Of a stretch of 64,000 nt of DNA, positions 26,577-39,400 are shown one piece after another. Position 1 is the first letter of the stretch, and every line of letters starts with the position of its first letter. The position numbers and the translations under genes were made by a program. The notes beneath the pieces are model-generated. The model worked only from the letters and a program-made list of their open reading frames with translations, searched no databases and was not told the origin of the DNA. The DNA is from Lingula anatina. Its lineage: Eukaryota > Animalia > Brachiopoda. The stretch covers positions 19,010,651 through 19,074,650 of the forward strand of contig CM120647.1 in assembly GCA_051362555.1 (NCBI GenBank), written 5' to 3'.

Positions 26577-28200
26577 CTACTGCAGATCAGAATCGAATTC
26601 CTGGCGATCAATCTTGCCGTCATCATTGGCGTCCATTTCCTTAAACGCAGCGTTAATATCTGGGTAACCCTGTAGGACAGTGCTGAGCTCATCCAAGCTT
26701 ATATAACCATCTCTAAAACATAAAAAAAAAGATTCGATTAACGCTACGTGCGTAAGTCACGTGACAGAGGGAGCCTTAACGAAGTCGAAAAGGGTTTTTA
26801 AATAAATTAAGTCTTTTTTTCTGAATGAGCGCTCTACAGGGATAGTAGTATTTTAGCTTTCCACATTACAGCTGAATAATCTGGTTATCATTTATGAAAG
26901 TGAATCTCACTGGGCACGACCAGTTAATGTAACAAACTATCTTACATGTAACTGATGTATATACACTCAATAACGGCATATTTTATGTGGGTACATGCTC
27001 GAAGTTAAAATTCTACCCAAACAGAAGAAGCAAACTCGTGAACGCGAGTGAAGCACCATATTTAACCAAGGAGTTGGAATAACTTCTTGGTTTAATTTTA
27101 CGAATCTGGAAACGGACTCAAAAACGCTCATTGTGAAAGACCATTTGTCTGAATAATTTGGCCTTGTGGGGAACACCCTTAAGACCATCTCGGGGCCCCA
27201 CATTACATTAAATAACCCCTTAATAATAAAACCCCAGAGTTTAGCTCAAAGGGCTCACATCTTTGGAAAACGCTATCTGTAATACTGTTACAGAGATTTC
27301 CAGGTTCCTTGTCTTAAACTCTGCACACAGAAAAGAATGAAAAGACTCCATGTTGTAACTTCAACAGAATATATTTTCCTACACTATCAGTTACATGGTA
27401 CAAGCCTCTCTCTCCTTCCCTCTCTCTCTCGTCTATCCCGAGTCATCTTCTAGCTATTCATCAATCTCTTCCAGATATAAGTTTACAGATTTTTATACTA
27501 AACTTTATCAATTAAACTGCCCATCATATAACTTATAAACTGATTGGTTACTTCAGACACATGTCCACCCTCTCATGGTTGTCAGTCCCATAAACTCCAT
27601 GTAATCAAGCTCTAACAGATTATTAGCTTGAAACAAAGGACCTTAAGATATGAACTGCAAGGTGTGATGTATTATCTGAATCTACTTATACAACATGGCT
27701 TCCTCTGATTGAATTAATACTACATCATATGTAAAAGTTTTAAAAGCACTAATTACTTTTTCTATACTGTGGTTCCTGACACCCCGAGTGACGATTAATG
27801 AAGTTCGTATATATCAAAAGAGTTGTAACCTAAATTCGTATTAGGCTGGTGTAATTCTCACGTACATCTGTATGCCCCAGTATGTGTCTGTGGCCCCGTT
27901 CCCATACCTGCGTCGATCTAGCAGGATCAACCCATCTCTGAGGGGTTTCTCGCTAAACTGCATTCGGCTTAAACGGGTCTGATGTCTGACACGTCTACTA
28001 AAGCTGTAAGGCGGTAATTAACTATGGTTTAGCAGCTTCGGCATTTTAACGAGAATCCCCTTGGAGATGGGTCGATACTAAAATATCGATCTCGTTATGG
28101 GAATGGGGTCCATGTGAACGCGTGTGGTCGGCCTGGCATGCGAGTTTGACGGTGTTGGTTGAGTGTATCTGCACCTTCGTGTTCAGTTTTATAAGTCAGG

Positions 28201-28237
<37 letters not shown>

Positions 28238-29427
28238 CGCGTTCGTGTGTATAGTAAGTACAACCATCTTAAATTCAAACTCACCCATCTGTATCAAGCT
28301 CGGCGAACATTTTATCTGGACCCCAGTTTTCGCCCTGATCATCCTGGTCTTCATCACCCTGGCCCTCATCTTTCTGGTCCTCAACATCCTGGTCCTCATC
28401 ACCCTGGCCCTCATCTTCCTGGTCCTCAACATCCTGGTCCTCATCTTCCTGGCCCTCAACATCCTCAGCATCCCTTCTTTTGTTCCTACATTGGCAACTG
28501 TAGTCCGCCCCTTTCAGCCAGCCTCTGGATTTTTCACTGTACAAATAATGCGACGAACCCGTGTTTATTATATAGATTTTGACAAGGATCCTTTCTTCCT
28601 GGTGACAGGTGGATGATGACGCCACTTAATTACTAATCTATTTTTTCCTTTTTAATATTGAGTAGTGTTCGTTTATTTAATTTTTTTTTTTTTGTTTTTC
28701 TATCATTATTTTACTACGATGATTTCATGTACAAATTTCTTTCTGCTGGACAGAAATGTCCGCAGAATACCCATGCAGGTGAATATAGGTAAATATCTAG
28801 TGAAAAATTATATCTATACATTTCGCTTTTAAGATGTACAGACGCACTTCTTTAAAATCATTCGAACCCATTCGTCTTTCAAAAGAGAGAGAGAGAGAGA
28901 GAGAGAGAGGAAGAAATTTATACATACGTGACGAAAGGGTTGCAGTCCCTTCTACATCCAGAGGCACAAGCGCAGCCGAATATGTTGCACTTTCCGTATG
29001 AACAGTAAGGGGTTTTCTGTAAAGTAAAACGAGAAATTGTATAATCACTATATATCTCTCTCTCTCTGTTTGGTAGACACACTCGCACCTACACACGATT
29101 GCGCTTTCACACTCCGTACACATACGCACAAAAACACGCGCAGCGTGAGAAAAAGGAAAAATATTTCATAACGCTCACTTACACAAAACTGACTTCTGGG
29201 TTTAAGTCCCCTTGCATACCTGTACATTGTGAAACTAAAATATTCAGTGCCGTAGTTTTCTGTATTCCGAAGCTCTTTATCTAGCTCTCTAATATAATAA
29301 GCCCTACCTTAGTGCAATCAAGGCAATAAATTCCTCTAGTTTCTCGACAGCAGATTGCGGTGGTTTGCTGCACTATGGCTGCCAGGCAAGTCACAACCAA
29401 CGCAAACACTGGAAGGGCAGTCATCAT
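26577..29427 (-). CDS. Mytimycin-like precursor, copy B (about 198 aa); complement(join(26577..26712,28285..28536,28928..29016,29308..29427))
   Basis: MMTALPVFALVVTCLAAIVQQTTA-ICCRETRGIYCLDCTK|KTPYCSYGKCNIFGCACASGCRRDCNPFVT|EKSRGWLKGADYSCQCRNKRR-DAED..FAELDTDG|DGYISLDE..DANDDGKIDRQEFDSDLQ*; canonical splice sites. Confidence 0.9.
27892..28111. mobile_element. MITE in copy B intron 3 (duplicated together with the segment)
   Basis: Near-identical to 21056-21274. Confidence 0.8.
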
Positions 29428-30150
29428 CTGAAATATGAAATATCAACATCAGGTTGGCGAAAAGACAAACTGAGTTTCAGGGGATATTTGGGATTCGCCT
29501 TGACTGTTAAAGGCACGCTGGTTGCATAGGGCTAATTAAGTTCACGTTGTCCGCTGAATCTCAATGCGCAAAAAGGCGAAAATGTGTCTCATTTAACGTT
29601 CACTTACGGTTTAATCTATTCTAGAACATTTGGTGTGTTTTTTACAGTTCTAATGTTCTTCTATAGTGAATGTAACAGTTCGAGAATTGTTTTCGGGAAG
29701 TCCTTCAGAATGTCCTAAAACAGTTTAAAAACATTTTTTATCAAAAGCGAAAACATTATGTTCTAGGAGGGACTAAGAACCGTGAATGAGTGTTAAATGA
29801 GAGAAATTTTCGCACGGAGGCCTTTTGCAGCTATAGATACCAACACTTTTGGCAACCTCTTCAGTAAAGAAAAGAAGACAACATGGCGGCATCTACCTGT
29901 GGCTGCAAAAGGCCCCTTGGCGTCATTAATGTTCGCTATAATGCTATACAGCATTCCAAGAAACTACCTTCAACAAAGTTTACCTGATAACTCCGTTTCC
30001 TTTCACACAGAGTTTCCAAATAATTTTGTACCTACAGTTTGAACAATATATACAGTTACCAACGGCTACGATAGCACCCTTTGAAATACCAAACACACCT
30101 GTGTACTAGTGAGATGAAAGCATGTTACGCTGTCATCAAAGTTATGTAGA

Positions 30151-30199
<49 letters not shown>

Positions 30200-30475
30200 A
30201 CCATACGTACAGATGCGTCTGAATAACCATACAACACGTCATACATTTAACACTGATGAATGGAACAGATTAATGTTAAGCATATTTTACTTCACTATGA
30301 TAATATGACGAGATTATGATTAAATGAATTGCGAATTTTATGTTATTCAGTATGTACTTCGCTTAAAAAAAATTAAAAAAGGAGTGTATGTTGTAAAGTT
30401 TAAGAATTCGAGGACAAATTCTCTTGAAGAAAGGGTGTATGTTGTAAAGTTAATTACTTACACTTACACTAATTA

Positions 30476-32070
30476 GGCCACACTTTTTTATTTTTATGGA
30501 TGACATCCTGCGCGCGCACCGATTTTCGTCCGTTCTCTCCAAAAAAAAAATAAATAATAATAATAATAGTAAATAATAAAATAAAATAAAATAAAATAAA
30601 ATAAAAATAAATAAATAAATAAATAAATAAAGATCCCCCCCCCCCATTCCAAGTCGGTTGTCGCAAACGTCGTTATTGAATTTGCCGAAAAATGAGCTTT
30701 CTGCGCATTTTTGCGCATGCCTATTACTGCAACGTGGAAATATGGCCGCTTTGCCGTCAAATTCATCTCTAAGATTATACTTTCAAATTACAGGACAATT
30801 AATTATATAAATTCATAAAGAGAACGGGGCCGTTGTTTTGGATCGTTATGCCTTTAATATTGGGCATGGAGATATTCACTTTCTTTACAATTATGCAAAA
30901 TAATAATAATAATAATAATAATAATAATTTATTGTCATATTTATACAAATATAAAATGAAAATTGGTATGATCTGTCGATCAAATGTAATACAGTGGAAT
31001 TATTAAAATACATTTTGTTCATTAAAAATACGTACTGCTGATGGATAAAAACTATTCTTAGTGCGCGTGGAGGTTGCTTTTAATGACCGCAGTTGACATA
31101 TGCATAAGTAGGCTATTCGCTGGGTGACCAGGGTCACTCGTAATTGACTTTACTTTCTTGAGCACTCGTCTCGTATACAAACATTCAATAGACGGCAGGT
31201 CCCTACCTACAATGCGCCTGGCAGTTTTTACTACGCGATTGAGGCGATTCTTGTCCTCTACTGTAGCACTACTGTACCAGACGGTGAAAGATTGTGTTAG
31301 CACACTCTCAATCACAGCCCGGTAAAATTTTGCCAGCAGTTCTTGGTTGACATAGAATGACCTCAATCGTCGTAGAAAGTAGAGTCTTTGCTGAGCTTTG
31401 CGGACAATATCATCTATGTTAATGTGCCATTTAAGATCATCAGATATATGTATGCCAAGAAATTTGAAATGTCTGACTATTTCAACCTCAGAACCATTCA
31501 GCGTAAGATGGCTAATTTCTGTTGGGTTTTTCCTAAAATCTACAATAATTTCTTTTGTCTTTTTAACATTAAGCTCGAGGTCGTTTTCAGAGCACCATGA
31601 AACAAGGGCCGAAACTTGATTTCGATAGTCAGACTCGGAAGTGCTAATAAGGCCAGCGCAGGTGGTATCATCCGCAAACTTAACAATCAAGCAATCAGGA
31701 TACGAAGCAACACAGTCGGATGTAAACAGAGAATATAAAAAAGGCTGTATCTAGATCAAATTTTACCCAGAGTGGGCCTTTTCCCAGCAAAAGGGGTGGT
31801 TCCTTCGAACCCCCTGGCTACGGGCCCGTCTTCTCATGACTTTTTTTTACCTTTCTGAGAAGTATTCACAATGCTTTAATATTCTGAGAGCATGGATAAA
31901 GACATATTGTTAGTTTAATACGTGTTTCTGTGGTGAATTTGTGTTTCCAGCTGTGTACTGACAGCATTCCTTTATTTAAGCAGCATTTTTGACTGTTTTT
32001 TTTTTTTTTTCACCCTCTCGCACCGATTTCGGGGTCCCCAGAGGATGTCATCCATAAAAAAAGTGTGGCC
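30476..32070. mobile_element. Non-autonomous TIR element with a TTA TSD (PIF/Harbinger-like), hosting nested insertions
   Basis: TTA|GGCCACACTTTTTT..TATGGATGACATCCT and AGGATGTCATCCATAAAAAAAGTGTGGCC|TTA. Confidence 0.7.
30901..31745 (-). mobile_element. 5'-truncated non-LTR retrotransposon fragment (Rex1/Babar-like RT C-terminus), frameshifted
   Basis: LYSLFTSDC..IVKFADD, FKFLG and KAQQRLYFLRRL; the NSFYPSAVR tail is in another frame; (TTA)n 3' tail at about 30901-30930. Confidence 0.85.
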
Positions 32071-35006
32071 TTACAAAAATCAAATAGATGAAAAGTTAGA
32101 CTGATATTGAGTGTAAATTAAGTTTCATCAAGTGTCAACAAGTGTAGAATATGTTTTAAGTGTCAGAAAGAGATGGAAAAGGTCAAAGTCAATAACATTT
32201 AATGTGATTGGTTAATTTCATAACAGATTTTAATTTTGATCAACTGTTCATCACATTATAACTGAGTTTTGGACATGATTCAAGTATGAGTAATACAAAT
32301 AGTATTTTGGATAAGTTTAGTTGAAAACAAGGCTCTTAGACATTGACTAATAAGGGAATGTTCTATGGTTAAGTCAACATGACAATTGACATTTTCTGGA
32401 AATCACGCCATAAACAATAAAAATAACATAATTACACGCGTGATCAGTACGGAGAATTAGAGTATAAATATGGTAAAATTGTATGAAACGTGAGTGGTTA
32501 ATAAATGATTGAAGACTCCGGAACCTCGTCGTCGTTATGATAGTTAGTACGCTGGGTCTGGGAACGGTCCGTAGAAACTAGTACCGGACAAATACCTGGT
32601 GTAAAAATCAAATTGAAGATGATACTGAAGTTTTGTGTGAAATTTGAACAATTCTGCTTCTCTAGTAAAAATCCCACACAGCTTTTATAACTTTTAAACA
32701 AAGTTTACAAAGTTTGACAACCTTCACATTCTACCCAGAGAAAAATATCAATTAAACTGATGGGCTGAAATGTCTAGACATATGACGGTTATACTGTGAA
32801 AGTGTCTCATACATCTGTTATTGAAAACGCACATTACAATACTGGTACTAACAACTTTTGATTCAGAAACTACTTTGATCTTCTGTATACGGGAATGCAA
32901 TGCAGAATGACTGGAGATTCATGATAAATAATTGATATGCACCTCTAGGGGTAAAGAGTGTGAACATTAAAACTTACGATGAAGTGGTAATAAAACTTAA
33001 TTCGTTCTCGTTATCATAAGACTGCTTGCATCAAATGAAACCCTTGCAATTAAGATAATCTCTCTCTCTCTCTCTTTCTCTCTTTCGCTCCAGCAGTATC
33101 CAAGGGAAATGGTCTCATACTGGTAGTTTTTAAAAGTTTATAAACTTATAGCTTTTCGTTTGAAAAAAAAAAAAAACTATTCCTAAAAAAATACATTTCG
33201 TCTTTCAATTCTTGACTAAAACTATCGCCAGTCTCAAATTTCCATTCACTGCTCAACTCGTGTTGATCAAAATTATTTACAAATGATTTTTACAGTGTGC
33301 AAAGCTAAGTAAAAACAGGCCAACTACTGTCTTAACAGACTTAACCTGCGGTCGCTGTATGTATAGACGTTTAGTTTCTCTTGGAGATAAATTGTATATT
33401 TTTCTTCATGTAAGCCGGTGTAACATGAAAATCTGACTCCCATGAAAATGTGACTCCCCAGTCAGATTTTCATAATGAAAATCTGACTCCCCCCATGAAA
33501 ATTTGACTCCCCCTCCACAAAACTTCATACATCTTATTTTATTTTGAGTATATGACTGTGATCTTGTATTATGTAAAATGGTTGATACATTGGCACATTT
33601 TTTGTAGTTTGCAGTGAAAATTTTAATGAAAAAATGAGAAAATTAAAAATGTGCACATAATGAAAATCTGACTCCCCCATGAAAACTGACTCCCCCATCA
33701 TAAAACTTCATAAATCTTATTTATTTAGGGTATATGACTTTAATCTTTAGTATGTAAAAAGGAGGATAGATTGGCACATTTTTTTTTGTAGTTTGCAGTG
33801 AAAATTTTCATGAAAAAATAAGAAAATTAAAAATGTGCACATAATGAAAATCTGACTCCTCCATGAAAATTTGACTCCCCCTCCACAAAACTTCATAAAT
33901 CTTATTTTATTTTGAGTATATGACTGTGATCTTGTAGTGTGTAAAAAGGAGGATAGATTGGCACATTTTTTTGTAATTTGCAGGTGAAAATTTTAATGAA
34001 AAAATAAGAAAATTAAAAATGTCCACTTAATCGCCTATTGTCTCCCCTATGAAAAAGTTATTTAATATTTGATGATCATTTCAACACCTTTTCTTTTAGG
34101 ATACATTATGAAAAATATATTGGAAATATTTAAAGGTTTGATGATAAAATAGTGAAAGCATGAAAAAGAAATCATGAAAATCTTTATTTTTACACCCATG
34201 AGATTTGGACTCCCATGGAGAAAAGGACCTATTTTATATTCATTCACCATACCACTGTTCCCACATAGTTTGCATAGAGATGGATATTTTGTCATTATTT
34301 GAAAGTTTGATGATGAAAATTTTGGTCAATATTTTTAAAACAAGTATCCATCTTTATTCTCGTAGGTTTTGCACTCCCATGGTATAAGTAGCGACATGTG
34401 CCTCAATGGAGATTACCCCTCTAGGGCACAATTGAGCATGTGCAGAATGCACATGTGCGTAATTAAGCTCTGGAGATTGTTGTCGCCATAAAATGTCGTT
34501 TGACTACACCGGACTTTCCTATAAAGTTTTGTGGAGGGGGAGTCAAATTTTCATGGGGGAGTCAGATTTTCATTATGTGCTCATTTTTAATTTTCTTATT
34601 TGTTCATTAAAATTCTCACTGCAAACTACAAAAATGTTCCAATGTATCAACCATTTTACATACTACAAGATCACAGTCATATACTAAATTAATTAGAGAC
34701 ATGTGACACGTGACATGTGTACGCTATAGACACTAGTGTAAACGCTCTGCTGTTTTCTGTAGATGAAATCTCTCCTTGGACACTGATCGAAATAACAAAG
34801 TTACAGGTGGACTATAAAGGTACACTGTATCAGGTAACGCACTTCATTATAGAAAAAACGCTCATTATAACGCGAAGATTTGGATTTTTTCATTTGAACT
34901 ATAGGCCTATATCTATACGTACAGAAAGAAACTGTCAAATTTGAGAAGTGCTCAACGTTACGCAATCGGAAGCTATAGTTCCTTTGTTACCCGAACAATA
35001 GACACA

Positions 35007-35942
35007 ATGGCATCTAATAACCCCAGCGAAAACGAACAAAGCGGACAAAGGACCTCAGACAAAGTCCCGAAGAAAATGCTGCAACTACAGATCAACTCGA
35101 CTCCCGCATATATACGGCACAGCAATGCCAGTGGGAAAAGACCACAAAAGAAGAAAAGAACAAGATCAAACAGCATGGACTTAACAGAAAACATTACGGT
35201 AGACGAACTACGATCCATCCAAGCTACTCTAGCAGAGATTAAAAGTGAAATGATAAGAAAATCTGACGTTAAGGAAATCATTGCCCAAATGAAACATGAA
35301 ATCAAGCAGGAGGTGAAGGAGGATATTAAACAAGAAATGCAACAATACTTGACTGATAGACTCAGCCTCCTGAGCGAGAAAATAGATGCCCTATATCTGG
35401 AAAACGAATCCCTGCGTGAGAAACTCTCCAAACAAATCAGTGACACAAGGAAGTCCTTTGACAACCTAAAAGAAACCAGCCATTTGGCGAAAACAGCTGT
35501 GAGAATGGCAAACCACAACCAGCAGTATTCGCAGAAAAACAACATTAAGTTTTTAAACTGGCCGGAAAAACCAAAAGAAGACCTGAGGAGAGACCTCTGC
35601 CGCATCCTGAAGGAAAAGGTGAATGTGGACATAAGCCCCGCCTCAATTCTGGGAATCCACAGAATACCAGGTAACAGCGGAGGCGCAAGACCCGTTATAG
35701 CCAAATTCGTTAACACCGAGGAAAAAACGAAAGTTATCAAGCATAGACAAGTACTGAAAGGTAACTTTATAATGTTCGATCACATTACTCAGAAAAATGC
35801 TGAGTTGATCAAAATTCTAAAAGGTAAAGAAGCTGTACATTCAGCCTGGTACTTCAATGGCAGAATATTTGCCATAAGAAATGACGGTCGCCGATATACA
35901 TTCGACATATTCGACGATATCGACACCAAATTAAAACAATAA
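35007..35942 (+). CDS. L1/Tx1 ORF1p (coiled coil plus RRM/CTD, Transposase_22/L1TD1-like)
   Basis: ATG at 35007 (MASNNPSEN); heptad-rich segment, QYSQKNNIKFLNWPE, IHRI and RPVIAKF motifs. Confidence 0.85.
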   Translation: MASNNPSENEQSGQRTSDKVPKKMLQLQINSTPAYIRHSNASGKRPQKKKRTRSNSMDLTENITVDELRSIQATLAEIKSEMIRKSDVKEIIAQMKHEIKQEVKEDIKQEMQQYLTDRLSLLSEKIDALYLENESLREKLSKQISDTRKSFDNLKETSHLAKTAVRMANHNQQYSQKNNIKFLNWPEKPKEDLRRDLCRILKEKVNVDISPASILGIHRIPGNSGGARPVIAKFVNTEEKTKVIKHRQVLKGNFIMFDHITQKNAELIKILKGKEAVHSAWYFNGRIFAIRNDGRRYTFDIFDDIDTKLKQ

Positions 35943-36400
35943 GCCTGAAAATGAACTTTATACGGACACTGAAATTTTGGAGAATAAAAATCAATGTAAA
36001 ACTGAAAGTAGTTATAAACAGCAGAGCGGTAACTGTTAACTAGCCGTTCTAGCATCAATTTATTATTATCATTATTATTATCATTATTTTTTTAATTACT
36101 AGTTATTAGTACTATCCTGTGTATGTGTGTGTTTTCGATAGTTTGTCTTGGTGTGTATGTCAATTCTGGTAGAATGGGTACAAGTGGTCTACTGTATGCG
36201 TGGGTGGATGGAAGTGAATTTGATAACGCATTATATAGTATAACCGATATATATGTAGTTAAGTTATCCCTATTAGTTTGCAACAACGAAACACTTAGAT
36301 TTGATACCTCAGTACGATTGCTTTACCTACACTTAGAATATGGCTGTGCGATTTAAATTTATTTTCTGTCGTATATACATATGCGGCAGAAACCTGGTAG

Positions 36401-39400
36401 ATATACACAGATCAAATCAAATATAAAATATGCTCAGTAAATTGTAGGGGTCTTGGGGACCGAAATAAGCGGTTAGATGTGTTCAATTTCTTGCGGAAGA
36501 AATCCTTTTCCATCTACTGTTTACAAGATACTCATAGTACATTATCTATGGAAAAATATATAGCAGCTGAATGGGGCTTTAAATGCTTTTTCAGTCATGG
36601 AACCTCTAATTCAAGAGGAGTTGCAATATTGGTTAACAATAATTTTGAATATAAAATTAAGGAGGTTGAGAAAGACACTAACGGAAACTTTATTGCTCTT
36701 AGTATGATAGTAGATGAAAAAGACATTTCACTCATAAATCTGTATGGTCCCAATAATGATTCACCTGAATTTTTCTTAAAAATACACGAGACAATAATGA
36801 ATTTTGGAAATCAGGATCATATTATCTGTGGGGACTTTAACTTAGTATTAAACCAAGAGAAGGACACATATAACTATAAACATAAAAATAACCCCAAGGC
36901 CTCTAATCAACTTTATACCTTGATGGAATTACATAACTGGCACGACATATGGAGGGAAATGCATGAGGATGTTAGACAGTATACATGGCGGCAGCCTACG
37001 CCTTTTAAACAGGCAAGGTTAGATTATTTTATTGTTTCCACAACCATTACAAATTATATCGAAGATAGTCAGATTATTCCAGGTTATAAGAGCGACCACT
37101 CCATTATAACTCTGGACTTACAGTTAAAAAGGAAAATTAAACACGGAAAAGGTTTTTGGAAATTCAATAACTCCCACTTATATGAAAGTGAGTATGCCGA
37201 TATGGTAAAGCAGATAATCAATGAAACTATCTTAGAGTATGCAGCAGCGCCCTATAATAGAGATAACATACTGAATATTGACAGACATTCTTTACAGTTA
37301 ACTATAAGCGATGGGCTATTTCTTGAAACTCTCTTAATGAAAATTAGGGGGAAAACGATTGCTTTTGGTGCTAGGATAAAAAAGAAAAGAGAGTCAGAGG
37401 AAAAACAAGTGGAAAATACTATAAACGACCTAGAGAATGATCTTAAAAATGAGGCCGAATTAGACAAAAAAGAAGAAATTCTTGAAATGATAAATAAGGA
37501 AAAGATGAAACTGGAAAATATAAGAAAAATAAAAGTAAAAGGCATAATGATAAGATCAAAAGAAAGATGGATAGAATACGGAGAAAAACCATCAAAATAC
37601 TTTTTAGCACTGGAAAATCGCAATTTTACAAATAAGTCAATAACTAAACTGGTAACAGATAACGGAAATATCCTTACTGAACAAAATGAGATTCTCAAAG
37701 AAACCGCACGCTTTTACGAAAATTTATTTAAGAAACAAAATCACAAATCAGTAGACATAAAAACTCGATTGGAAAATATTGAAACTCCAAAATTGACCGA
37801 AGCCGAAGCATCCTCGCTCGAAGGAAAGATAAACTACGCTGAACTCTATACAGTATTAAGACAAACGAAAAATGAAAAGAGCCCAGGTACCGACGGGTTT
37901 ACTTACGAATTTTTCAAATTCTTTTGGAAAGAACTGAATAGTTTTTTAATAAGATGTATAAACGAGGCATACGAAAAAGACAAACTACCTATAACTCTTA
38001 CCCGGGGTATAATCGTCCTTCTACCTAAACATAATAAGCCTACCAACTCGTTAAAAAACCTAAGACCGATATCACTACTTAATGTTGTGTATAAACTCGC
38101 CTCGGCATGTATAACGAATCGAATAAAGAAAGTATTACCAATATTAATAAATGAAGACCAAAATGGGTTTATGGCGGGCAGATACATAGGTGAGAATACA
38201 CGGACCATTTTCGACTTAATTGAATACTGTGACGTACATGAAATACCAGGTCTGTTGATGCAAATCGATTTTGCTAAGGCTTTCGATTCAATCGACTGGG
38301 GTTTTATCGAAAAAACCTTTGAATTCTTTGGCTTTGGAGAATCTATCATAAAATGGATAAAACTCTTCCTTAAAGACTCCTCTTCGTGTGTCTTGGTTAA
38401 TGGTTTTGCCTCTTCTTTCTTCAATCTTTCTCGGGGTTGCCGTCAGGGGGATCCCATCTCCCCTTACCTTTTCATTCTTTGTGCTGAGATACTAAGTATC
38501 ATGTTAAAAAATGAAATAGACATAAAAGGCATTACAATACATAATCAAACTTTTCTCATCTCCCAGTATGCTGATGACACAACTATTGTGTTGGATGGGA
38601 CTGAAAAAAGTTTAAGAAATACCCTAAAGGTTCTAAATGAATTCTCCCAATTTTCTGGACTACAAATGAACAATCAAAAAACTAAATTAAACTGGTTCGG
38701 AAGCAAGAAAGACTCACAAGAGAGCATGTGTAAAGAGTTGAATCTCGATTGGAATGAACGTTTTTTCAGAATCCTTGGAATAGATTTCTCAGTAAATTTA
38801 CATGAAATGATTGAGAAAAATTATAGAGAGAAACTCGAAGATATGGAAAGAACTATGAAACAATGGACTCACCGATCGCTAACAGTTTTGGGGAGAAATG
38901 TAATTTTTAAATCACTGATCCTTCCAAAAATGACTCATTTATTTTCCACATTGCCAATACCAAACAAATATGTAGACAAAATACAAAAAATGTGCTTTAA
39001 TTTCATATGGAATGGAAATATTGAAAGAGTAAAACGAGATATAATGACACAGTCGTACTCAAATGGAGGTATAAAAGTCCCCGATATTAGAAACTATATT
39101 GATTCCCTAAAAATTTCATGGCTCAGGAGAATCATGCACAAAAATTCAAAATGGTCTTTCTTTTTCCTTAGTCTGATCCCTGAAAGTAAGGGTGTACACT
39201 GGTCTGAAATGGGAATGTCTGAAATGCAAAAAATTAAGAACGGATCAAAAAATGCTTTTTGGAATCAAGTCATTGATGCATGGTGCAGACTGTTAAAGAA
39301 TAAAAAGATTGATACAAAAGAAAATTTTTTAAAAGAATGTTTATGGCTAAATGATAAAATACGGATAAAAAACAATCCTATTCTTATAAGAACCTGTAAT

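Larger units (their letters stand above)
25161..30229. repeat. Segmental duplication unit 2 (about 5.07 kb)
   Basis: Colinear with 18339-23409. Confidence 0.95.
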
